Below, one piece after another: positions 22,901 to 34,700 of a stretch of 64,000 nucleotides of DNA (the first letter of the stretch is position 1; each line of letters opens with the position of its first letter). The stretch is taken from the NCBI RefSeq assembly GCF_009914755.1, contig NC_060943.1, one strand, 5' to 3'. The translations under genes and the position numbers were made by a program. This stretch comes from the human T2T-CHM13v2.0 reference genome, Homo sapiens. The notes under the pieces are model-generated. The model saw only the letters and a list, made by a program, of their open reading frames with translations, searched no databases and was not told the origin of the DNA.

Positions 22901-25900
22901 GTGGATATTCGGACCACTTTGAGGCCTTCATAGGAAACAGTAATATCTTCACATAAATACTAGATAGAAGCATTGTCAGAAAGTTCTTTGTGATGTGTGA
23001 ATTCAACTCACAGAGTTGAAACTTCCTTTAATAGGGCAGTATTGAAACACTCTTTTTCTAGAATCTGCAAGTAGATATTTGGAGCGCTTTGAGGCCTTCG
23101 TTGGAAACCGGAATATCTTCACAGGAAAAGTAGATAGAGGCATTCTCAGAAACTTTTTTGTGATATGTAGATTCAACTCACAGCGTTGTACCTTTCTTTG
23201 GATGGAGCAGTTTTGAAAAACTCTTTTATCGAATCTGCAAGTAGACATTTGGGGTGCTTTGAGGGCTGTGGTGCAAAAGGAAATGTCTTCCCATAGAAAC
23301 TAGACTGAAGCATTCTCAGCAACTTCTTTGTGACGTTTGCATTCATCTCACAGTGTTGAACATACCTTTCCATAGAGTAGTTTTGAAACACTGTTTTTGT
23401 AGAATCTGCAAGTGGATATTTGGACTGCTTTGAGGCCTTCATCGGAAACGGGAATATCTTCACATAAACACTAGAGAGAAGCATTCTAAGAAACGTCTTT
23501 GTGATCTGTCCATTCAACTCACAGAGTTGAACCTTCCTTTTTATGGAGCAGTTTTGAATCACTGTTTTTGGAGAATCTGCAAGTGGATATTTGGAGCGAT
23601 TTGAGGCCTATGGTAGAAAAAGAAATATCTGCCTCTAAAATCCAGACAGAAGCATTCCGAGAAACTACTCTGTGATGTTTGCATTCAACTAGCAGAGTTG
23701 AACCTTCCTTTTGATAGGGCAGTTTGGAAACACTCTTTTTGTAGAATCTGCATGTGGATATCTGGAGCGGTTTGAGGCCTACGGTCAAAAAGGAAATATC
23801 TTCCTGGGAAAAATAGACGAAAGCATTCTCAGAAACTGCTTTGTGATATGTGCATTCGACTCACCGAGTTGAAACTTTTTTTTGATAGAGCAGTTTTGAA
23901 ACACTCTGTAGAATCTGAAAGTGGATATTTGGAGCTCTTTGAGGGCTATGGCGGAAAAGAAAATATATTCACATTAAAGTAGACAGCAGCATTCTCAGAA
24001 ACTTCTTTAGGATGTTTGCAGTAAACTCACAGAGTTGAACATACCTTTCCGTAGAGCAGTTTTGAAACACTCTGTTTGTGGGATCCGCAAGGGGATATTT
24101 GGACCGCTTTGAGACCTTTGCTGGAAATGGGAATATCTTCACATATAAACTAGACAGAAGCATTCTCAGAAACTTCTTCGTGATGTGTGCATTCTACTCC
24201 CAAATTTGAATCTTCCTTTTCATGAAGCAGTTTTGAAACACTCTGTTTGTGCAATCCACAATTGGATAATTGGAAAGCTTTGATGCCCATGGTAGAAAAG
24301 GAAATATCCTCATATAAAAACTAGACAGAAGGATTCACAGAAAATGCTTTGTTTTGTGTGCATTCAAATCACGGAGTTGAATCTTTCTTTTGTCAGAGCA
24401 GTTTTGAAACACTGTTTCTGTGGAATCTGACTGCGGACACTTGGAGCGCTTTGAGGGCTATGGTGGAGAAGGAAATATCTTCCCATAAAAACTAGAAAGA
24501 AGCATTCTCAGAAACATTTATGTGAAGCGTGCATTCAACTCACAGAGTTGAACCTTCCTTTTGATAGAACAGTTTTGAAACACTCTTTTGAACAATTGCA
24601 GGTGAATCTTTGGAGCGCTTTGAAGCCTTTGTTGGAAATGGGAATATCTTCACACACAAACTAGCCAGAAGCATTCTCAGAAACTTCTTTGTGATGTGTG
24701 CGTTGAACCCAGAGAGATGAACCTTTCCTTTGATAGAGCAGTTTTGAAACGTGTTTTTGTAAGATCTGCAAGCGGATAATTGGCTTCGCATTGTGTCCTT
24801 TGGTGGAAACGGGAATATCTTCTAATAAAAACTAGACAGAAATATTCTCAGAATCTCCTTTGTGATGTGGGCATTCAACTAACACAGTTGAACATTTCTT
24901 TTCACAGAGCAGTTTTGAAACACTCTTTTGGTAGAATCTGCCAGTGGATATTTGGAGCGCTTTGAGGGCTGTTGTGCCAATGGAAATATCTGCCCCTAAA
25001 ATCTAGACAGAAGCATTCTCAGAAACTACTTCGTGATGTTTGCATTCAACTCAGAGAGTTGAACATACCTCTTCACAGAGCAGTTTTGAAAACCTCTTTT
25101 TGTAGAATCTGCAAGTGGATATTCGGAGCACTTTGAGGCCTTCATAGGAAACAGTAATATCTTCGCATAAAAACTAGATAGAAGCATTGTCAGAAAGTTC
25201 TTTGTGATGTGTGAATTCAACTCACAGAGTTGAACCTTCCTTTAATAGAGCAGTTTTGAAACACTCTTTTTCTAGAATCTGCAAGTAGATATTTGGAGCG
25301 CTTGGAGGCCTTCGTTGGAAACCGGAATATCTTCACAGGAAATGTAGATAGAGGCATTCTCAGAAACTTTTTTGTGATATGTAGATTCAACTCACAGCGT
25401 TGAACCTTTCTTTGGATGGAGCAGTTTTGAAAAACTCTTTTATCGAATCTGCAGGTAGGCATTTGGGGTGCTTTGAGGGCTGTGGTGCAAAAGGAAATGT
25501 CTTCCCATAGAAACTAGACTGAAGCATTCTCAGCAACTTCTTTGTGACGTTTGCATTCATCTCACAGTGTTGAACATACCTTTCCATAGAGTAGTTTTGA
25601 AACACTGTTTGTGTAGAATCGGCAAGTGGATATTTGGACTGCTTTGAGGCCTTCATCGGAAACGGGAATATCTTCACATAAACACTAGAGAGAAGCATTC
25701 TGAGAAACTTCTTTGTGATCTGTCCATTCAACTCACAGAGTTGAACCTTCCTTTTTATGGAGCAGTTTTGAATCACTGTTTTTGGAGTATCTGCAAGTGG
25801 ATATTTGGAGCGCTTTGAGGCCTATGGTAGAAAAAGAAATATCTGCCTCTAAAAACCAGACAGAAGCATTCCGAGAAACTTCTCTGTGATGTTTGCATTC

Positions 25901-28777
25901 AACTAGCAGAGTTGAACCTTCCTTTTGATAGGGCAGTTTGGAAACACTCTTTTTGTAGAATCTGCATGTGGATATCTGGAGCGGTTTGAGGCCTACGGTC
26001 AAAAAGGAAATATCTTCCTGGGAAAAATAGACGAAAGCATTCTCAGAAACTGCTTTGTGATATGTGCATTCGACTCACCGAGTTGAAACTTTTTTTTGAT
26101 AGAGCAGTTTTGAAACACTCTGTAGAATCTGAAAGTGGATATTTGGAGCTCTTTGAGGGCTATGGCGGAAAAGAAAATATATTCACATTAAAGTAGACAG
26201 CAGCATTCTCAGAAACTTCTTTAGGATGTTTGCAGTAAACTCACAGAGTTGAACATACCTTTCCGTAGAGCAGTTTTGAAACACTCTGTTTGTGGGATCC
26301 GCAAGGGGATATTTGGACCGCTTTGAGACCTTTGCTGGAAATGGGAATATCTTCACATATAAACTAGACAGAAGCATTCTCAGAAACTTCTTCGTGATGT
26401 GTGCATTCTACTCCCGAATTTGAATCTTCCTTTTCATGAAGCAGTTTTGAAACACTCTGTTTGTGCAATCCACAATTGGATAATTGGAACGCTTTGATGC
26501 CCATGGTAGAAAAGGAAATATCCTCATATAAAAACTAGACAGAAGGATTCACAGAAAATGCTTTGTGATGTGTGCATTCAAATCACGGAGTTGAATCTTT
26601 CTTTTGTCAGAGCAGTTTTGAAACACTGTTTCTGTGGAATCTGCCAGCGGACACTTGGAGCGCTTTGAGGGCTATGGTGGAGAAGGAAATATCTTCCCAT
26701 AAAAACTAGAAAGAAGCATTCTCAGAAACATTTATGTGAAGCGTGCATTCAACTCACAGAGTTGAACCTTCCTTTTGATAGAACAGTTTTGAAACACTCT
26801 TTTGAACAATTGCAGGTGAATCTTTGGAGCGCTTTGAAGCCTTTGTTGGAAATGGGAATATCTTCACACACAAACTAGCCAGAAGCATTCTCAGAAACTT
26901 CTTTGTGATGTGTGCGTTGAACCCAGAGAGATGAACCTTTCCTTTGATAGAGCAGTTTTGAAACGTGTTTTTGTAAGATCTGCAAGCGGATAATTGGCTT
27001 CGCATTGTGTCCTTTGGTGGAAACGGGAATATCTTCTAATAAAAACTAGACAGAAATATTCTCAGAATCTCCTTTGTGATGTGGGCATTCAACTAACACA
27101 GTTGAACATTTCTTTTCACAGAGCAGTTTTGAAACACTCTTTTGGTAGAATCTGCCAGTGGATATTTGGAGCGCTTTGAGGGCTGTTGTGCCAATGGAAA
27201 TATCTGCCCCTAAAATCTAGACAGAAGCATTCTCAGAAACTACTTCGTGATGTTTGCATTCAACTCAGAGAGTTGAACATACCTCTTCACAGAGCAGTTT
27301 TGAAAACCTCTTTTTGTAGAATCTGCAAGTGGATATTCGGAGCACTTTGAGGCCTTCATAGGAAACTGTAATATCTTCGCATAAAAACTAGATAGAAGCA
27401 TTGTCAGAAAGTTCTTTGTGATGTGTGAATTCAACTCACAGAGTTGAACCTTCCTTTAATAGAGCAGTTTTGAAACACTCTTTTTCTAGAATCTGCAAGT
27501 AGATATTTGGAGCGCTTGGAGGCCTTCGTTGGAAACCGGAATATCTTCACAGGAAATGTAGATAGAGGCATTCTCAGAAACTTTTTTGTGATATGTAGAT
27601 TCAACTCACAGCGTTGAACCTTTCTTTGGATGGAGCAGTTTTGAAAAACTCTTTTATCGAATCTGCAGGTAGACATTTGGGGTGCTTTGAGGGCTGTGGT
27701 GCAAAAGGAAATGTCTTCTCATAGAAACTAGACTGAAGCATTCTCAGCAACTTCTTTGTGACGTTTGCATTCATCTCACAGTGTTGAACATACCTTTCCA
27801 TAGAGTAGTTTTGAAACACTGTTTTCGTGGAATCGGCAAGTGGATATTTGGACTGCTTTGAGGCCTTCATCGGAAACGGGAATATCTTCACATAAACACT
27901 AGAGAGAAGCATTCTGAGAAACTTCTTTGTGATCTGTCCATTCAACTCACAGAGTTGAACCTTCCTTTTTATGGAGCAGTTTTGAAACACTGTTTTTGGA
28001 GAATCTGCAAGTGGATATTTGGAGCGCTTTGAGGCCTATGGTAGAAAAAGAAATATCTGCCTCTAAAAACCAGACAGAAGCATTCCGAGAAACTTCTTTG
28101 TGATGTTTGCATTCAACTAGCAGAGTTGAACATTCCTTTTGATAGGGCAGTTTGGAAACACTCTTTTTGTAGAATCTGCATGTGGATATCTGGAGCGGTT
28201 TGAGGCCTACGGTCAAAAAGGAAATATCTTCCTGGGAAAAATAGACGAAATCATTCTCAGAAAGTGCTTTGTGATATGTGCATTCGACTCACCGAGTTGA
28301 AACTTTTTTTTGATAGAGCAGTTTTGAAACACTCTGTAGAATCTGAAAGTGGATATTTGGAGCTCTTTGAGGGCTATGGCGGAAAAGAAAATATATTCAC
28401 ATTAAAGTAGACAGCAGCATTCTCAGAAACTTCTTTGGGATGTTTGCAGTAAACTCACAGAGTTGAGCATACCTTTCCGTAGAGCAGTTTTGAAACACTC
28501 TGTTTGTGGGATCCGCAAGTGGATATTTGGACTGCTTTGAGACCTTTGCTGGAAATGGGAATATCTTCACATATAAACTAGACAGAAGCATTCTCAGAAA
28601 CTTCTTCGTGATGTGTGCATTCTACTCCCGAATTTGAATCTTCCTTTTCATGAAGCAGTTTTGAAACACTCTGTTAGCGCAATCCACAATTGGATAATTG
28701 GAACGCTTTGATGCCCATGGTAGAAAAGGAAATATCCTCATATAAAAACTAGACAGAAGGATTCACAGAAAATGCTT

Positions 28778-31700
28778 TGTGATGTGTGCATTCAAATCAC
28801 GGGGTTGAATCTTTCTTTAGTCAGAGCAGTTTTGAAACACTGTTTCTGTGGAATCTGCCAGCGGACACTTGGAGCGCTTTGAGGGCTATGGTGGAGAAGG
28901 AAATATCTTCCCATAAAAACTAGAAAGAAGCATTCTCAGAAACATTTATGTGAAGCGTGCATTCAACTCACAGAGTTGAACCTTCCTTTTGATAGAAGAG
29001 TTTTGAAACACCCTTTTGAACAATTGCAGGTGAATCTTTGGAGCGCTTTGAAGCCTTTGTTGGAAATGGGAATATCTTCACACACAAACTAGCCAGAAGC
29101 ATTCTCAGAAACTTCTTTGTGATGTGTGCGTTGAACCCAGAGAGATGAACCTTTCCTTTGATAGAGCAGTTTTGAAACGTGTTTTTGTAAGATCGGCAAG
29201 CGGAAAACTTGCTTCGCTTTGTGTCCTTTGGTGGAAACGGGAATATCTTCTAATAAAAACAAGACAGAAATATTCTCAGAATCTCCTTTGTGATGTGGGC
29301 ATTCAACTAACACAGTTGAACATTTCTTTTCACAGAGCAGTTTTGAAACACTCTTTTGGTAGAATCTGCCAGTGGATATTTGGAGCGCTTGGAGGGATAT
29401 TGTGCCAAAGGAAATATCTGCCCCCGAAAACTAGACAGAAGCATTCTCAGAAACTACTTCGTGATGTTTGCATTCAACACACAGAGTTGAACATACCTCT
29501 TCACAGAGCAGTTTTGAAAACCTCTTTCTGTAGAATCTGCAAGTGGATATTCGGACCACTTTGAGGCCTTCATAGGAAACAGTAATATCTTCACATAAAA
29601 ACTAGATAGAAGCATGGTCAGAAAGTTCTTTGTGATGTGTGAATTCAACTCACAGAGTTGAACCTTCCTTTAATAGAGCAGTTTTGAAACACTCTTTTTC
29701 TAGAATCTGCAAGTAGATATTTGGAGCGCTTTGAGGCCTTCGTTGGAAACCGGAATATCTTCACAGGAAAAGTAGATAGAGGCATTCTCAGAAACTTTTT
29801 TGTGATATGTAGATTCAACTCACAGCGTTGAACCTTTCTTTGGATGGAGCAGTTTTGAAAAACTCTTTTATCGAATGTGCAGGTAGACATTTGGGGTGCT
29901 TTGAGGGCTGTGGTACAAAAGGAAATGTCTTCCCATAGAAACTAGACTGAAGCATTCTCAGCAACTTCTTGGTGACGTTTGCATTCATCTCACAGTGTTG
30001 AACATACCTTTCCATAGAGTGGTTTTGAAACACTGTTTTTGTAGAATCGGCAAGTGGATATTTGGACTGCTTTGAGGCCTTCATCGGAAACGGGAATATC
30101 TTCACATAAACACTAGAGAGAAGCATTCTCAGAAACTTCTTTGTCATCTGTCCATTCAACTCACAGAGTTGAACCTTCCTTTTTATGGAGCAGTTTTGAA
30201 ACACTCCTTTTGGAGAATCTGCAAGTGGATATTTGGAGCGCTTTGAGGCCTATGGTAGAAAAAGAAATATCTGCCTCTAAAAACCAGACAGAAGCATTCC
30301 GAGAAACTTCTTTGTGATGTTTGCATTCAACTAGCAGAGTTGAACCTTCCTTTTGATAGGGCAGTTTGGAAACACTCTTTTTGTAGAATCTGCATGTGGA
30401 TATCTGGAGCGGTTTGAGGCCTACGGTCAAAAAGGAAATATCTTCCTGGGAAAAATAGACGAAAGCATTCTCAGAAAGTGCTTTGTGATATGTGCATTCG
30501 ACTCACCGAGTTGAAACTTTTTTTTGATAGAGCAGTTTTGAAACACTCTGTAGAATCTGAAAGTGGATATTTGGAGCTCTTTGAGGGCTATGGCGGAAAA
30601 GAAAATATATTCACATTAAAGTAGACAGCAGCATTCTCAGAAACTTCCTTAGGATGTTTGCAGTAAACTCACAGAGTTGAACATACCTTTCCGTAGAGCA
30701 GTTTTGAAACACTCTGTTTGTGGGATCCGCAAGTGGATATTTGGACCGCTTTGAGACCTTTGCTGGAAATGGGAATATCTTCACATATAAACTAGACAGA
30801 AGCATTCTCAGAAACTTCTTCATGATGTGTGCATTCTACTCCCGAATTTGAATCTTCCTTTTCATGAAGCAGTTTTGAAACACTCTGTTTGTGCAATCCA
30901 CAATTGGATAATTGGAACGCTTTGATGCCCATGGTAGAAAAGGAAATATCCTCATATAAAAACTAGACAGAAGGATTCACAGAAAATGCTTTGTGATGTG
31001 TGCATTCAAATCACGGAGTTGAATCTTTCTTTTGTCAGAGCAGTTTTGAAACACTGTTTCTGTGGAATCTGCCAGCGGACACTTGGAGCGCTTTGAGGGC
31101 TATGGTGGAGAAGGAAATATCTTCCCTAAAAATTAGAAAGAAGCATTCTCAGAAACATTTATGTGAAGCGTGCATTCAACTCACAGAGTTGAACCTTCCT
31201 TTTGATACAACAGTTTTGAAACACTCTTTTGAACAATTGCAGGTGAATCTTTGGAGCGCTTTGAAGCCTTTGTTGGAAATGGGAATATCTTCACACACAA
31301 ACTAGCCAGAAGCATTCTCAGAAACTTCTTTGTGATGTGTGCGTTGAACCCAGAGAGATGAACCTTTCCTTTGATAGAGCAGTTTTGAAACGTGTTTTTG
31401 TAAGGTCGGCAAGTGGATAATTGGCTTCGCTTTGTGTCCTTTGGTGGAAACGGGAATATCTTCTAATAAAAACTAGACAGAAATATTCTCAGAATCTCCT
31501 TTGTGATGTGGGCATTCAACTAACACAGTTGAACATTTCTTTTCACAGAGCAGTTTTGAAACACTCTTTTGGTCGAATCTGCCAGTGGATATTTGGAGCG
31601 CTTGGAGGGCTATTGTGCCAATGGAAATATCTGCCCCCGAAAACTAGACAGAAGCATTCTCAGAAACTACTTCGTGATGTTTGCATTCAACACACAGAGT

Positions 31701-34700
31701 TGAACATACCTCTTCACAGAGCAGTTTTGAAAACCTCTTTCTGTAGAATCTGCAAGTGATATTCGGACCACTTTGAGGCCTTCATAGGAAACAGTAATAT
31801 CTTCACATAAAAACTAGATAGAAGCATTGTCAGAAAGTTCTTTGTGATGTGTGAATTCAACTCACAGAGTTGAACCTTCCTTTAATAGAGCAGTTTTGAA
31901 ACACTATTTTTCTAGAATCTGCTAGTAGATATTTGGAGTGCTTGGAGGCCTTCTTTGGAAACCGGAATATCTTCACAGGAAATGTAGATAGAGGCATTCT
32001 CAGAAACTTTTTTGTGATATGTAGATTCAACTCACAGCGTTGAACCTTTCTTTGGATGGAGCAGTTTTGAAAAACTCTTTTATCGAATCTGCAGGTAGAC
32101 ATTTGGGGTGCTTTGAGGGCTGTGGTGCAAAAGGAAATGTCTTCCCATAGAAACTAGACTGAAGCATTCTCAGCAACTTCTTTGTGACGTTTGCATTCAT
32201 CTCACAGTGTTGAACATACCTTTCCATAGAGTAGTTTTGAAACACTGTTTGTGTAGAATCGGCAAGTGGATATTTGGACTGCTTTGAGGCCTTCATCGGA
32301 AACGGGAATATCTTCACATAAACACTAGAGAGAAGCATTCTCAGAAACTTCTTTGTCATCTGTCCATTCAACTCACAGAGTTGAACCTACCTTTTTATGG
32401 AGCAGTTTTGAAACACTCCTTTTGGAGAATCTGCAAGTGGATATTTGGAGCGCTTTGAGGCCTATGGTAGAAAAAGAAATATCTGCCTCTAAAAACCAGA
32501 CAGAAGCATTCCGAGAAACTTCTCTGTGATGTTTGCATTCAACTAGCAGAGTTGAACCTTCCTTTTGATAGGGCAGTTTGGAAACACTCTTTTTGTAAAA
32601 TCTGCATGTGGATATCTGGAGCGGTTTGACGCCTACGGTCAAAAAGGAAATATCTTCCTGGGAAAAATAGACGAAAGCATTCTCAGAAAGTGCTTTGTGA
32701 TATGTGCATTCGACTCACCGAGTTGAAACTTTTTTTTGATAGAGCAGTTTTGAAACACTCTGTAGAATCTGAAAGTGGATATTTGGAGCTCTTTGAGGGC
32801 TATGGCGGAAAAGAAAATATATTCACATTAAAGTAGACAGCAACATTCTCAGGAACTTCCTTAGGATGTTTGCAGTAAACTCACAGAGTTGAACATACCT
32901 TTCCGTAGAGCAGTTTTGAAACACTCTGTTTGTGGGATCCGCAAGTGGATATTTGGACCGCTTTGAGACCTTTGCTGGAAATGGGAATATCTTCACATAT
33001 AAACTAGACAGAAGCATTCTCAGAAACTTCTTCGTGATGTGTGCATTCTACTCCCGAATTTGAATCTTCCTTTTCATGAAGCAGTTTTGAAACACTCTGT
33101 TTGTGCAATCCACAATTGGATAATTGGAACGCTTTGATGCCCATGGTAGAAAAGGAAATATCCTCATATAAAAACTAGACAGAAGGATTCACAGAAAATG
33201 CTTTGTGATGTGTGCATTCAAATCACGGAGTTGAATCTTTCTTTTGTCAGACCAGTTTTGAAACACTGTTTCTGTGGAATCTGCCAGCGGACACTTGGAG
33301 CGCTTTGAGGGCTATGGTGGAGAAGGAAATATCTTCCCCTAAAAACTAGAAAGAAGCATTCTCAGAAACATTTATGTGAAGCGTGCATTCAACTCACAGA
33401 GTTGAACCTTCCTTTTGATACAACAGTTTTGAAACACTCTTTTGAACAATTGCAGGTGAATCTTTGGAGCGCTTTGAAGCCTTTGTTGGAAATGGGAATA
33501 TCTTCACACACAAACTAGCCAGAAGCATTCTCAGAAACTTCTTTGTGATGTGTGCGTTGAACCCAGAGAGATGAACCTTTCCTTTGATAGAGCAGTTTTG
33601 AAACGTGTTTTTGTAAGATCGGCAAGCGGATAATTGGCTTCGCTTTGTGTCCTTTCGTGGAAACGGGAATATCTTCTAATAAAAACTAGACAGAAATATT
33701 CTCAGAATCTCCTTTGTGATGTGGGCATTCAACTAACACAGTTGAACATTTCTTTTCACAGAGCAGTTTTGAAACACTCTTTTGGTAGAATCTGCCAGTG
33801 GATATTTGGAGCGCTTGGAGGGCTATTGTGCCAATGGAAATATCTGCCCCTGAAAACTAGACAGAAGCATTCTCAGAAACTACTACGTGATGTTTGCATT
33901 CAACACACAGAGTTGAACATACCTCTTCACAGAGCAGTTTTGAAAACCTCTTTCTGTAGAATCTGCAAGTGGATATTCGGACCACTTTGAGGCCTTCATA
34001 GGAAACAGTAATATCTTCACATAAAAACTAGATAGAAGCATGGTCAGAAAGTTCTTTGTGATGTGTGAATTCAACTCAGAGATTTGAACCTTGCTTTAAT
34101 AGAGCAGTTTTGAAACACTCTTTTTCTAGAATCTGCAAGTAGATATTTGGAGCGCTTTGAGGCCTTCGTTGGAAACCGGAATATCTTCACAGGAAAAGTA
34201 GATAGAGGCATTCTCAGAAACATTTTTTGTGATATGTAGACTCAACTCACAGCGTTGAACCTTTCTTTGGATGGAGCAGTTTTGAAAAACTCTTTTATCG
34301 AATCTGCAGGTAGACATTTGGGGTGCTTTGAGGGCTGTGGTGCAAAAGGAAATGTCTTCCCATAGAAACTAGACTGAAGCATTCTCAGCAACTTCTTGGT
34401 GACGTTTGCATTCATCTCACAGTGTTGAACATACCTTTCCATAGAGTGGTTTTGAAACACTGTTTTTGTAGAATCGGCAAGTGGATATTTGGACTGCTTT
34501 GAGGCCTTCATCGGAAACGGGAATATCTTCACATAAACACTAGAGAGAAGCATTCTCAGAAACTTCTTTGTCATCTGTCCATTCAACTCACAGAGGTGAA
34601 CCTTCCTTTTTATGGAGCAGTTTTGAAACACTGTTTTTGGAGAATCTGCAAGTGGATATTTGGAGCGCTTTGAGGCCTATGGTAGAAAAAGAAATATCTG

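Larger units (their letters stand above)
1..27950 (+). repeat. Left HOR haplotype domain (copies 1-13), units of 2213-2214 bp
   Basis: Diagnostic variants: TTTGAGGGCTGTTG, AAATCTAGAC, GGAGCACT, CTTCGCATA, CTTGGAGGCC, GAAATGTAG, GTAGTTTT, GAATCACT, TCTCTGTG, AAGGGGAT. Copies 4, 10 and 11 are exceptions at many of these sites. Confidence 0.85.

Noticed and set aside
33652-33668. Variant CTTTCGTGGAAACGGGA, which looks like a regained CENP-B box
   Set aside because: TTCG and CGGG are 6 bases apart rather than 7, so the essential bases are out of register.
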